Assembly: GCF_004365815.1 (NCBI RefSeq)
Contig: NZ_SODD01000036.1
Location: forward strand, 1 to 26,015
DNA length: 26,015 nt
Direction of reading: 5' to 3'
Source of the DNA: Breznakia blatticola
GTDB taxonomy: Bacteria; Bacillota_I; Bacilli_A; Erysipelotrichales; Erysipelotrichaceae
The notes under the pieces were generated by a model. The model had not been told where the DNA came from. It did no database searches and was given only the letters and a program-made list of their open reading frames with translations. The position numbers were made by a program, and so were the translations under genes. Positions 17,836-25,883 of this stretch are shown here, piece by piece. Positions within the stretch are counted from its first letter, which is position 1; every line of letters starts with the position of its first letter.

Positions 17836-18456
17836 CTATCGGATGAAGTTCGTCCGTACCTTTCTTTCATATTCTGGAAATGGTAACCCTTTTTCCATTG
17901 CTGCTTCAATACATTTAAGCATAAATGCCATATTTTTTGCCAATGAGCGCATTGTTTGGAGTCCTTCTAAATCTTTTTCAACATCTTCAGGAGTAGAACC
18001 ATGTACCACATTCCAATATTGTGATGGAACCACTGGCATATGATTGATCAAGAAATACTTTTGAATATGATCTAATGTATTCATTGCACCTGCACGTCTA
18101 CATGATGCAACGGCTGCACCTGGTTTTTGTGCAAACACATTTCCTGCTGAATAAAACAAGCGATTCATAAACGCAGTAAGTGGTCCTGATGCATCCGCAT
18201 AATATGTTGGACTTCCAAAGACAAATCCATCTGCATCTTTTGCCATTTTGGCAAATGTATTTACAAGATCATCTTGAAAACACTCACCTTTTTCTGCACA
18301 TATCCCACACGATGTACAACCCATAATTGGTGTGGTTCCAATATGGACAATCTCTGTTTCGATTCCTTCACTTTGTAGTTGTTTTTCCACTTCTAATAAT
18401 GCACGATGCGTACATCCTGCTGGACGTGGACTTCCATTCATCAATAATACTTTCAT
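17836..18456 (-). CDS. Flavodoxin-fold NADPH-dependent FMN reductase / iron-sulfur flavoprotein (Isf-like)
   Basis: It has MKVLLMNGSPR.. and ..FGSPTYY.. (flavodoxin-like fold). A compact Cys cluster, C-x2-C-x2-C-x5-C, occurs in GCTSCGICAEKGEC. SD AGGTGA is present. Confidence 0.82.
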   Translation of the reverse strand: MKVLLMNGSPRPAGCTHRALLEVEKQLQSEGIETEIVHIGTTPIMGCTSCGICAEKGECFQDDLVNTFAKMAKDADGFVFGSPTYYADASGPLTAFMNRLFYSAGNVFAQKPGAAVASCRRAGAMNTLDHIQKYFLINHMPVVPSQYWNVVHGSTPEDVEKDLEGLQTMRSLAKNMAFMLKCIEAAMEKGLPFPEYERKVRTNFIR

Positions 18457-18531
18457 CTTATCACCTAAACCCTTATATACGTATTATACGCCAAAAATTC
18501 AAACAAAGGCTATGGGAATGATACAAGCTTG

Positions 18532-18554
18532 AAAAAAAGACACCGAAGTGTCTT
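18532..18554 (-). terminator. prs terminator
   Basis: Minus strand: AAGACAC ttcg GTGTCTT followed by T7. Confidence 0.85.
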
Positions 18555-18561
18555 AGATTTT

Positions 18562-19536
18562 CTATTTGTTGTCGTAGTTAAAGCGTTGTAACATTTCGCT
18601 TACTGGACGACCTTCTTCGATTTGACGAATGGTTAGGGCAAGAAGTTCAGCTAAACTGATTACACGCATTTTTGGCATCAGTTTTGCATTTTCTGTTTGA
18701 TCAATTGTGTTTGTACAAACAAATTCAACAATTCTAGAATTATTGATACGTTCAATTGCTGGATCACTAAGTACGGCATGTGCACATGCTGTGTATACTT
18801 CAGTTGCTCCATTGTTGTATAACATATCAATACCAGCCATTAATGTACCTGCAGTATCTACGATATCATCAACAACAATTGCTTTTTTACCTTTTACATC
18901 TCCAATTAAGTTCATTGCTTCTGCAACGTTTGGTTTTGGACGACGTTTGTCAATAATTGCAAGTGGACAGTTTAATGCATTTGCAACTTTACGTGCTCTT
19001 GTTGTTCCTCCATGGTCTGGTGATACAACGACAACATCATCTGCATTTGGTCCGAATTTTTCAACAAAGTAGTTTGAGATAATGCACATAACACTTAAAT
19101 CATCTACCGGGATGTTGAAGAACCCTTGGATTTGCGCGGCATGTAACTCCGTTGTGATAACACGAGTTGCTCCTGCTGCTTGTAATAAATCGGCGATAAG
19201 TTTCGCTGTAATTGGTTGACGTGGTTGCGCTTTACGGTCTTGTCTAGCATATCCGTAATATGGCGTAATCACACTAATGCTTTTTGCACTTGCACGTTTA
19301 CATGCATCAATGCAAATAAGTACTTCCATAATTGAACTTGATACTGGGTTACACGTCGATTGAACGATAAATACGTCCTTACCACGTACCGTGTCTCCAA
19401 GTTGTACTAGGATTTCCCCATCTGCAAAGTGCTTCACTTCACATTTCCCTAGTTCCAATCCAATAACTTCACACATTTCTTTTGCCAAGTTTACACTTGT
19501 AGTTAGGGCAAAAACTACAGCTTTTTCCTTATCCAT
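18562..19536 (-). CDS. prs: Ribose-phosphate pyrophosphokinase (PRPP synthetase)
   Basis: The PRPP-binding loop is VVDDIVDTAGT, and ..YARQDRK.. is present. The preferred start is ATG 19536 (MDKEKAVVFAL..) with SD GAAGGAGA upstream. The 33-codon extension in the ORF track lacks homology and overlaps the upstream gene. Confidence 0.93.
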   Translation of the reverse strand: MDKEKAVVFALTTSVNLAKEMCEVIGLELGKCEVKHFADGEILVQLGDTVRGKDVFIVQSTCNPVSSSIMEVLICIDACKRASAKSISVITPYYGYARQDRKAQPRQPITAKLIADLLQAAGATRVITTELHAAQIQGFFNIPVDDLSVMCIISNYFVEKFGPNADDVVVVSPDHGGTTRARKVANALNCPLAIIDKRRPKPNVAEAMNLIGDVKGKKAIVVDDIVDTAGTLMAGIDMLYNNGATEVYTACAHAVLSDPAIERINNSRIVEFVCTNTIDQTENAKLMPKMRVISLAELLALTIRQIEEGRPVSEMLQRFNYDNK

Positions 19537-19552
19537 GATTTTCTCCTTCATT

Positions 19553-20242
19553 TTATTTATTTTTGTATTGGTTACCTTTTTCAGGTTTGTTTTCTTGGAA
19601 TGGTCTTGCAATTCCCATAGCTCCATCTTCCACATCTTTATTGATGGTACTTCCTGCAGCTAATAATGCATTTTTACCAATGGTTACTGGTGCAATTAAG
19701 TTTACGTTACTTCCAACGAACGCTCCATCACCAACTACTGTACGGAATTTGTTTTTTCCATCATAGTTAACAGTGACAACACCACAACCAAAGTTTACTT
19801 TTTCTCCGACATCACTATCTCCTAGGTACGTTAAATGTGCACATTTACTACCTAAACCGAAGTTTGTATTCTTCATTTCCACAAAGTTTCCAATGCGGGC
19901 ATTTCCTTTAATATGCGTATGTCCACGTAAGTGAGACATTGGTCCAACTACACTATCTACACCGACAATACTATCCACAATCTTACTTGAATCGATTGTT
20001 ACATTATCCTCAATGGTTGCATTTGATAGAAATGAATTCGGTAAAATTGTTACATTTTTACCAATAACGGTTCCTTTTTCAATCCAAACGTTTGGATAAA
20101 TCGTACTACCTTCACCAATCGTGCAATCTTCATCGATATACGTGTTGTTGATGTCCATTACATACACACCTTGTTTTAATAATTTTTCATTTTTTAAAAC
20201 CCAAGATTCTTTACGTTCTAACATTTGATCTGTACAATCCAT
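19553..20242 (-). CDS. glmU: GlmU-like left-handed beta-helix acetyltransferase domain only; the N-terminal uridyltransferase half is absent
   Basis: By recalled alignment it matches the C-terminal half of B. subtilis GlmU, from the inter-domain helix onward (..[12 protein letters not shown].., ..[36 protein letters not shown].. FVG.N.NL.APV..). It is 229 aa from ATG 20242 (SD GAAGGAG 5 nt upstream) or 237 aa from ATG 20266. An in-frame TGA lies at 20276-20278. Confidence 0.8.
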   Translation of the reverse strand: MDCTDQMLERKESWVLKNEKLLKQGVYVMDINNTYIDEDCTIGEGSTIYPNVWIEKGTVIGKNVTILPNSFLSNATIEDNVTIDSSKIVDSIVGVDSVVGPMSHLRGHTHIKGNARIGNFVEMKNTNFGLGSKCAHLTYLGDSDVGEKVNFGCGVVTVNYDGKNKFRTVVGDGAFVGSNVNLIAPVTIGKNALLAAGSTINKDVEDGAMGIARPFQENKPEKGNQYKNK

Positions 20243-20308
20243 AAAAACTCCTTCTTGCTTACGCATCCTATCATATCAAAAAAAAGTCGAGAGTTCATCC
20301 TTTCCTAT

Positions 20309-20340
20309 AAAAAAAGTACATTTTTTTAAATGTACTTTCG
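20309..20340 (-). terminator. fba terminator
   Basis: AAAGTACATTT / AAATGTACTTT forms a perfect 11-bp stem with a 4-nt loop. T-runs lie on both sides. Confidence 0.8.
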
Positions 20341-20350
20341 TTTTTGATTA

Positions 20351-21217
20351 TTAAGCTTGTCCTTCAGAACCGAATTCTTTAACTTTGTTAAGAACTTCAG
20401 CTTTGATTGCATCGCAACCTGGAGCTAATAATTTACGAGGGTCGTATCCTTTACCTTCTAAGTCTTTACCAGCTTCAATATATTTACGAGTAGCATCAGC
20501 AAATACTAATTGTAATTCTGTATTTACGTTGATTTTTGATACTCCTAAAGAGATTGCTTTTTTAATTTGGTCAGTTGGAATTCCTGAACCACCGTGTAAT
20601 ACTAATGGTTTTCCGCTTGTTACGTCTTGGATTTGTCCAAGTACATCGAAGTTTAATCCAGCCCAGTTTTCAGGGTATTTTCCGTGGATGTTTCCGATTC
20701 CAGCAGCTAACATGTCAACACCTAAGTCAGCGATAACTTTACATTCTTGAGGGTCTGCAACTTCTCCTGAACCTACAACACCATCTTCTTCTCCACCGAT
20801 TGCTCCAACTTCACATTCAACAGATACACCTTTGCTGTGGCAAAGTTCGATAATTTCTTTTGATTTTTCTAAGTTTTCTTCGAATGGGTAGTGAGATCCA
20901 TCAAACATAATTGATGAGAATCCAGCTTCTAAAGCAGCTTTTGCCCCTTCGTATGAACCGTGGTCTAAGTGTAATGCAACTGGAACTGTAATTCCTAATG
21001 ATTCAACCATTGCTTCAACCATTGCAACTACTGTTTTGTAACCAGTCATGTATTTTCCAGCACCTTCAGATACTCCAAGGATTACTGGTGATTTTGCTTC
21101 TTCACAAGCTAATAAAATCATTTTAGTCCATTCTAAGTTGTTAATGTTAAATTGACCAACTGCGTAATGTCCTGCATGTGCTTTTTCAAGCATTTCTTTT
21201 GCTGATACTAATGCCAT
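20351..21217 (-). CDS. fba: Class II fructose-1,6-bisphosphate aldolase
   Basis: 288-aa ORF with ..HYAVGQFN.NNLE.., ..LHLDHG.. and ..LVLHGGSG.. motifs. SD AGGAGGAA is present. Confidence 0.95.
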   Translation of the reverse strand: MALVSAKEMLEKAHAGHYAVGQFNINNLEWTKMILLACEEAKSPVILGVSEGAGKYMTGYKTVVAMVEAMVESLGITVPVALHLDHGSYEGAKAALEAGFSSIMFDGSHYPFEENLEKSKEIIELCHSKGVSVECEVGAIGGEEDGVVGSGEVADPQECKVIADLGVDMLAAGIGNIHGKYPENWAGLNFDVLGQIQDVTSGKPLVLHGGSGIPTDQIKKAISLGVSKINVNTELQLVFADATRKYIEAGKDLEGKGYDPRKLLAPGCDAIKAEVLNKVKEFGSEGQA

Positions 21218-21246
21218 TTTATAATTCCTCCTGTTTCAGTACCTCT

Positions 21247-21275
21247 ATAATACTCCATTTTCATTTAAAAGTGAA
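21247..21275 (-). promoter_or_regulatory. fba promoter
   Basis: Minus strand: TTCACT (21275-21270), a 17-nt spacer, then TATTAT (21252-21247). Confidence 0.55.
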
Positions 21276-21346
21276 GCATGTTATTGAGAAAGTTTTCACA
21301 ATCGAACTCGTATTTTAAAGGCTTTTTCTGATGTTTTATATTTTGT

Positions 21347-22453
21347 TTAGATTAAGTCTTTAATATCTTTGTATGGTTTATCAAATGCTGTGGCAACACC
21401 TTCAAAGGTAATGTGTCCTTTGTATGTATTAATTGCACTAACCATCACTGGATCATGAATCAATTCTTCCATTGATGCACTTGCGATTTTTAATCCATAT
21501 GCAAGCGTTGCGTTGGTTAAGGCAATTGTTGATGTTCTCGGTACAGCTCCTGGCATATTTCCTACACAATAGTGAACGACACCATCAACCACATACGTTG
21601 GATCATCGTGGTACGTTGCTTTTGTGCTCTCAGCACATCCACCTTGGTCAACAGCGACATCGACAATTACACTTCCTGGTTGCATGTTTGCTAAATAGGA
21701 TTTTTTGATTAATTTAGGTGCTGCTGCTCCAGGAATTAAAACTGCCCCAATAACAAGGTCTGCTTGTTTACATTGTTCTTCAATTTCATGATCGGTTGAA
21801 TACAGCGTTTGAATACTGTTTCCAAAGATATCATCAAGTTGTGCTAAACGACGAATGCTTTTATCTAAGATAATTACATCTGCTCCTAGTCCAACTGCAA
21901 CTTTTGCAGCGTGTGTTCCAACGACACCACCACCGATAATGACAACTTTACCTTTTTGTACGCCTGGCACACCACTTAGCAATACACCACGTCCACCGCT
22001 ATGTACTTCCAAACTTTTGGCACCTTCTTGTAAGGCTAGACGTCCAGCAACTTCACTCATTGGCTTTAATAATGGAAGTTCTCCTGCATCCATTAACGTT
22101 TCATAAGCAAATCCAGTAACTTTCTTTTTCGTTAATTCATCTGTTAATTCTTCATTTGCTGCTAAATGCAAATATGTATATAAGATTAAACCTTCGCGGA
22201 AGTATTTGTATTCACTAGCTAAAGGTTCTTTTACTTTTGTCATCATATCTACGGTTTCCCAAACAGTGCTTGCTTGATCAACTACGATTGCTCCTGCTTC
22301 TTGGTAGGCATCGTCCATAAATCCACTACCTACACCCGCACCTTTTTCAAAGTACACTTCGTGTCCTGCTTGGACATATGCTTGTACACTTGCTGGGGTT
22401 AAACCAACACGATATTCATGTTTCTTTATTTCTTTTACACATCCTATTTTCAT
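21347..22453 (-). CDS. ald: Alanine dehydrogenase
   Basis: 368-aa ORF. MKIGCVKEIK..EYRVGLTP.. is the classic Ald N-terminus, with a Rossmann motif GGGVVG. SD AGAGGTGA is present. Confidence 0.93.
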   Translation of the reverse strand: MKIGCVKEIKKHEYRVGLTPASVQAYVQAGHEVYFEKGAGVGSGFMDDAYQEAGAIVVDQASTVWETVDMMTKVKEPLASEYKYFREGLILYTYLHLAANEELTDELTKKKVTGFAYETLMDAGELPLLKPMSEVAGRLALQEGAKSLEVHSGGRGVLLSGVPGVQKGKVVIIGGGVVGTHAAKVAVGLGADVIILDKSIRRLAQLDDIFGNSIQTLYSTDHEIEEQCKQADLVIGAVLIPGAAAPKLIKKSYLANMQPGSVIVDVAVDQGGCAESTKATYHDDPTYVVDGVVHYCVGNMPGAVPRTSTIALTNATLAYGLKIASASMEELIHDPVMVSAINTYKGHITFEGVATAFDKPYKDIKDLI

Positions 22454-22478
22454 ACATTCACCTCTGTTTCTACTGTAA

Positions 22479-22507
22479 ATTATATGCTAATTTGACGTCT
22501 AGGTAAA
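22479..22507 (-). promoter_or_regulatory. ald promoter
   Basis: Minus strand: TTTACC (22507-22502), a 17-nt spacer, then TATAAT (22484-22479). It lies about 25 nt upstream of the SD. Confidence 0.7.
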
Positions 22508-22516
22508 TGTAGATGC

Positions 22517-22568
22517 AAAAAAAAGAACAATTCACACAAAGCTTGTTTGTTTTGCACATTGTTCTTTT
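22517..22568 (-). terminator. Orphan terminator-like hairpin upstream of the ald promoter
   Basis: Minus strand: AAAAGAACAAT (22568-22558) pairs with ATTGTTCTTTT (22531-21). The loop is 26 nt and partly self-pairing, and further Ts follow (an 8-A run on plus, 22517-22524). Confidence 0.6.
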
Positions 22569-22717
22569 CGCTGTTTGATGCATCGATTCGATTCAGCCTG
22601 TTGCATCATTTTCACACAAACTACCAAGTGGTAATTTATCATTTTGAACACATCAAAATTGTGTTCTTGTATATCATAAAAGAATGTAGTCTAATTTTCT
22701 ACTTAGATGCACGATAG

Positions 22718-22740
22718 AAAAAAACCAAGGTTTCCCTTGG
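22718..22740 (-). terminator. fhs terminator
   Basis: Minus strand: CCAAGG gaaa CCTTGG followed by T7, starting 6 nt after the fhs stop. Confidence 0.85.
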
Positions 22741-22746
22741 TCAATC

Positions 22747-24417
22747 TTAGAATAATCCTGTGATGTTTCCATCCTCATCAATATCCATACGGTTTGCAGC
22801 AGGTACTTTTGGTAAACCAGGCATTGTCATAACACTACCTGTTAATGCCACAATAAATCCTGCACCTAGTGATGGACGAAGTTCACGAATCGTAATTGTA
22901 AAGTCTTTTGGTGCTCCACAGATTTTTGCATCATCTGTTAAACTTGATGGAACTTTCGCCATACAGATCGCAAGTTTATCCCAACCATGTTGTGTAAACA
23001 TCGCAATTTGAGCTTTCGCTTCATCTGTATAATGTACATCTTTTGCCCCATAACATGTTTTGGCAATGGTTAAGATTTTATCTTCAATTGATGCATCTAA
23101 ATCATAGAGTGGTTTGTAGTTGTTTTCTTGTTCGACAAGTTCAACCAATTGGTTTGCTAAATCTACTGCACCTTCTCCACCTTTTGCCCATACTTGTGAT
23201 AATGACATCGGGTGATTATTTCGTTTACACCATGTTTGAAGTGCTTCTACTTCTGCTTGTGTATCTGTTGCAAACTCATTGATTGCTACTACATATGGTA
23301 AACCGAAAGCTTGAATGGTTTCAATGTGTTTTGCAAGGTTACAGCATCCTTCAAGCATCGCTTCTACATTTTCCGTTTGCAAGTCTTCATAAGCAACATT
23401 TCCATGTTGTTTTAAGGCACGAATTGTCGCAACGATCACAACTGCATTTGGTTTTAAGTTTGCTTCACGACATTTGATATCTAAGAATTTTTCTGCTCCT
23501 AAGTCAGCTCCAAATCCTGCTTCTGTAATAACATAATCAGCAAGTTTTAAACAAGTTCTTGTTGCTAGTACACTATTACATCCATGCGCAATATTCGCAA
23601 ATGGTCCACCATGAATTAACACTGGATTGTTTTCTAGTGTTTGAACAAGGTTTGGTTTAATTGCATCTTTCATGACCATTGCACATGCTCCAGCAATTCC
23701 TAAATCTGCAACGTAAACAGGTTGTCCTTCTACGTTATAAGCAACTAAGATTTTTCCAATACGTTCTTTTAAATCCATTAATGAATTTGCTAAACAAAGT
23801 ACTGCCATAATCTCACTTGCTACTGTGATTGTAAATCCATCATGACGTTCTACTCCATTTGCTTTTGGACCTAAACCTACTACAACTTGACGAAGTACAC
23901 GATCATTCATATCCAAAACACGTTTAAAGACGACGCGATCTTTATCGATTTGTAACTCATTTCCTTGGTGTAAGTGATTATCTAAACATGCACTAATCAA
24001 GTTATTACATGTTGTGATAGCATGCATATCTCCAGTAAAGTGAAGATTGATATCTTCCATTGGGACAACTTGCGCATATCCACCACCTGCAGCTCCACCT
24101 TTAATTCCAAAGACTGGTCCTAAACTTGGTTCACGTAACGCAACCATCGCTTTTTTACCAATTTGGTTAAATGCATCAACCAAACCAACCGTTGTTGTAC
24201 TTTTTCCTTCACCAGCTCTTGTTGGGTTAATCGCTGTTACTAAAATTAGTTTTCCATCTTCCTTTGCTTCTGCATTTTTTAATACATCAAGCGAAACTTT
24301 TGTTTTTACATTCCCATATAATTCTAATTCACTTTCAGGAATTCCTGCTTTTTTCGCAATCTCTGTAATTGGTTGCAGTTTTGCTTCCTGTGCAATCTCT
24401 AAATCTGTTTTGTACAT
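22747..24417 (-). CDS. fhs: Formate--tetrahydrofolate ligase
   Basis: It has ..[16 protein letters not shown].. and ..TP.GEGK(S)TTT.GL.. motifs. The preferred start is ATG 24417 ([10 protein letters not shown]), with SD AAAGGAG 9 nt upstream. The ORF-track start at 24441 has no SD. Confidence 0.94.
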   Translation of the reverse strand: MYKTDLEIAQEAKLQPITEIAKKAGIPESELELYGNVKTKVSLDVLKNAEAKEDGKLILVTAINPTRAGEGKSTTTVGLVDAFNQIGKKAMVALREPSLGPVFGIKGGAAGGGYAQVVPMEDINLHFTGDMHAITTCNNLISACLDNHLHQGNELQIDKDRVVFKRVLDMNDRVLRQVVVGLGPKANGVERHDGFTITVASEIMAVLCLANSLMDLKERIGKILVAYNVEGQPVYVADLGIAGACAMVMKDAIKPNLVQTLENNPVLIHGGPFANIAHGCNSVLATRTCLKLADYVITEAGFGADLGAEKFLDIKCREANLKPNAVVIVATIRALKQHGNVAYEDLQTENVEAMLEGCCNLAKHIETIQAFGLPYVVAINEFATDTQAEVEALQTWCKRNNHPMSLSQVWAKGGEGAVDLANQLVELVEQENNYKPLYDLDASIEDKILTIAKTCYGAKDVHYTDEAKAQIAMFTQHGWDKLAICMAKVPSSLTDDAKICGAPKDFTITIRELRPSLGAGFIVALTGSVMTMPGLPKVPAANRMDIDEDGNITGLF

Positions 24418-24457
24418 TTCTCGCCACTCCTTTGTATCCATTTTATTGTATTACATT

Positions 24458-24473
24458 TTGTGACATGACACAA
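24458..24473. promoter_or_regulatory. 16-bp imperfect palindrome upstream of fhs (candidate operator)
   Basis: TTGTGACATGACACAA has 14 of 16 positions symmetric (TTGTG-n-CATG-n-CACAA). It lies 41 bp upstream of the fhs start codon, in the divergent fhs/antiporter control region. Confidence 0.3.
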
Positions 24474-24513
24474 TTCTATATCCGAAAAGATGATGGAATA
24501 TGTACAGGAAACA

Positions 24514-24542
24514 TAGACAAGCACGTAAATCTTTTGTATACT
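24514..24542 (+). promoter_or_regulatory. Promoter of the antiporter leader
   Basis: TAGACA (24514-24519), a 17-nt spacer, then TATACT (24537-24542). The predicted start is about 24549. Confidence 0.6.
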
Positions 24543-24549
24543 ATGCGCA

Positions 24550-24606
24550 GGGAATGAAATCTCCCACGATTACAGTATCGAAACCGCGCAAGCTAATGAT
24601 TTCTGC
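24550..24606 (+). promoter_or_regulatory. Candidate fluoride riboswitch aptamer (crcB motif-like)
   Basis: P1 is GGGA/UCCC (24550-53 / 24562-65) closing an 8-nt loop, AUGAAAUC. Loop bases GAAAUC (24556-61) are complementary to GAUUUC (24598-603), forming a pseudoknot. An AAAC..GC-GCAA-GC mini-hairpin is followed by GCUAAUGA. It compares position by position with my recollection of the B. cereus crcB element, GGCGAUGGAGUUCGCC AUAAAC GCUGCUUAGC UAAUGACUCCUAC, with compensatory changes in P1 and the pseudoknot. Confidence 0.55.
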
Positions 24607-24637
24607 ATTTTTTATGCAGTTCATTAGCTTTTTTATT
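24591..24637 (+). terminator. Leader terminator (expression platform)
   Basis: AGCTAATGA..CTGCAT ttttt ATGCAG.TCATTAGCT forms a long interrupted stem (24591-24629) followed by TTTTTATT. Its 5' arm contains the pseudoknot strand, so pseudoknot and terminator are mutually exclusive. Confidence 0.8.
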
Positions 24638-24648
24638 GGAGGTAACAC

Positions 24649-25821
24649 ATGTTAACAAGTTTTGCATATATGTTTTTATTAGGAATTATACTCAGTGCAA
24701 TTTGTAAGAAATTACATTTGCCAAGTTTAATTGGAATGATGGCAACAGGAATGCTATTGGGTCCATATGTACTTAATTGCATTGATGGACAAATCTTAGA
24801 AATGTCGGATGACTTACGTCAGATTGCATTAATTATCATTTTAACGCGTGCCGGATTATCACTAAACTTGCATGAGTTGAAGTCGGTTGGACGATCGGCA
24901 ATTTTGATGTGTTTTGTCCCTGCTTGTTTTGAAATCATTGGGGTCATGTTAATTGCACCGCCACTACTTCATATTTCCTTACTTGATGCTGCAATTCTTG
25001 GAAGTGTCTTAGCTGCAGTATCTCCTGCAGTTATTGTTCCGCGAATGATTCAAATCATGAATCAAGGATATGGAACAAAACAAGGAATTCCACAAATGGT
25101 GTTAGCTGGTGCTTCTGTTGATGATGTATTTGTCATTGTAATCTTTACTGCATGTACAACTTTAGCAACCGGAAACCATGTTGATGCTACAAGTTTTATC
25201 AATGTACCAATCTCTATTCTTTTAGGTATTGCAGTTGGTTTTCTTGTAGGATACTTACTTACTAAACTGTTTCAACTATTACACCTACGCGACACTATTA
25301 AAATTATGATCTTAATGAGTACTACTTTTTTATTACTTCAAATACAAGATCAATTTCCTAACATTCCGTTTTCTGCTTTGTTGGCAATTATGAGTATGGC
25401 AATTGCAACTAAACAATTCTATAGTACACTGGCAAGCCGATTGCAATTTCGCTATGACCATTTATGGGTAGTCGCTGAATTTGTTTTATTTATTTTAGTT
25501 GGTGCTTCCATCAACATCGCTTATATTCAAACGATCGGTGTATTAGCAATTCTACTTTTACTATTTGGACTACTCTTTCGAATGGTGGGTGTCCTTATTT
25601 GTTTAGTAAAAAGCAAACTCAATCGCAAAGAGCGCATCTTTACCATGATTGCCTATACACCCAAAGCAACCGTGCAAGCTGCCTTAGGTCCTATCCCATT
25701 AAGTATGGGACTTGCGTGTGGTAATCTCGTACTTGCTGTTTCTATTCTTGCCATTTTACTTACTGCACCACTAGGTGCATTTGCCATTGATTCACTATAT
25801 AAAAAGCTACTCCAACATTAA
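24649..25821 (+). CDS. Cation:proton antiporter (Na+/H+ exchanger family, CPA1/CPA2-type)
   Basis: 390-aa polytopic membrane protein. The N-terminal region, ..LGIILS..KKLHLPSLIGMMATGMLLGPYVL.., is typical of the Na_H_Exchanger family. SD GGAGG lies at 24638-24642. Confidence 0.85.
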   Translation: MLTSFAYMFLLGIILSAICKKLHLPSLIGMMATGMLLGPYVLNCIDGQILEMSDDLRQIALIIILTRAGLSLNLHELKSVGRSAILMCFVPACFEIIGVMLIAPPLLHISLLDAAILGSVLAAVSPAVIVPRMIQIMNQGYGTKQGIPQMVLAGASVDDVFVIVIFTACTTLATGNHVDATSFINVPISILLGIAVGFLVGYLLTKLFQLLHLRDTIKIMILMSTTFLLLQIQDQFPNIPFSALLAIMSMAIATKQFYSTLASRLQFRYDHLWVVAEFVLFILVGASINIAYIQTIGVLAILLLLFGLLFRMVGVLICLVKSKLNRKERIFTMIAYTPKATVQAALGPIPLSMGLACGNLVLAVSILAILLTAPLGAFAIDSLYKKLLQH

Positions 25822-25883
25822 GCTTTCACTTCAATTGACAGTATGTCTTTGATAATACATACTACAAGTAGTCAAACATATCA

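Noticed and set aside
19537-19635. N-terminal extensions in the ORF track: prs (19537-19635), fhs (24418-24441), purC (5392-5400), the GntR regulator (14930-14986), the ABC ATPase (15321-15359) and the HAD phosphatase (10746-10757).
   Set aside because: The extensions lack SD sequences. They add non-homologous residues ahead of canonical family N-termini, and in several cases they overlap the upstream gene. Internal ATGs with good SDs were preferred.
21285-21298. cre-like (CcpA) site TGAGAAAGTTTTCA / TGAAAACTTTCTCA just upstream of the fba -35 box.
   Set aside because: It matches the outer positions of TGWAANCGNTNWCA but lacks the highly conserved central CG. That is not enough to call a catabolite-responsive element from sequence alone.
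22510-22711. 8-bp direct repeat TAGATGCA (22510-22517 and 22704-22711) flanking the fhs-ald spacer core, suggesting a MITE with a target duplication.
   Set aside because: An 8-mer recurring within about 300 bp of AT-rich DNA is roughly expected by chance. The putative terminal inverted repeats match only about 8 of 12 positions.
24458-24473. Reading the fhs-upstream palindrome as a CRP/FNR or Rex box.
   Set aside because: The half-sites resemble TGTGA/TTGTGAA, but the spacing is wrong: the centre is 2 bp too short for both consensus geometries. It is kept only as an unassigned candidate operator.
24544-24590. An outer helix TGCGC (24544-48) / GCGCA (24586-90) enclosing the antiporter leader. 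Also alternative assignments as a Na+ (DUF1646), Li+ (nhaA-I) or c-di-AMP (ydaO) riboswitch.
   Set aside because: The 5' strand of that helix lies upstream of the predicted transcription start (about 24549). The element is far too small for ydaO. I cannot reproduce the DUF1646 or nhaA-I consensus from memory, whereas the fluoride-motif correspondence is position by position. The alternatives are left as explicit tests.
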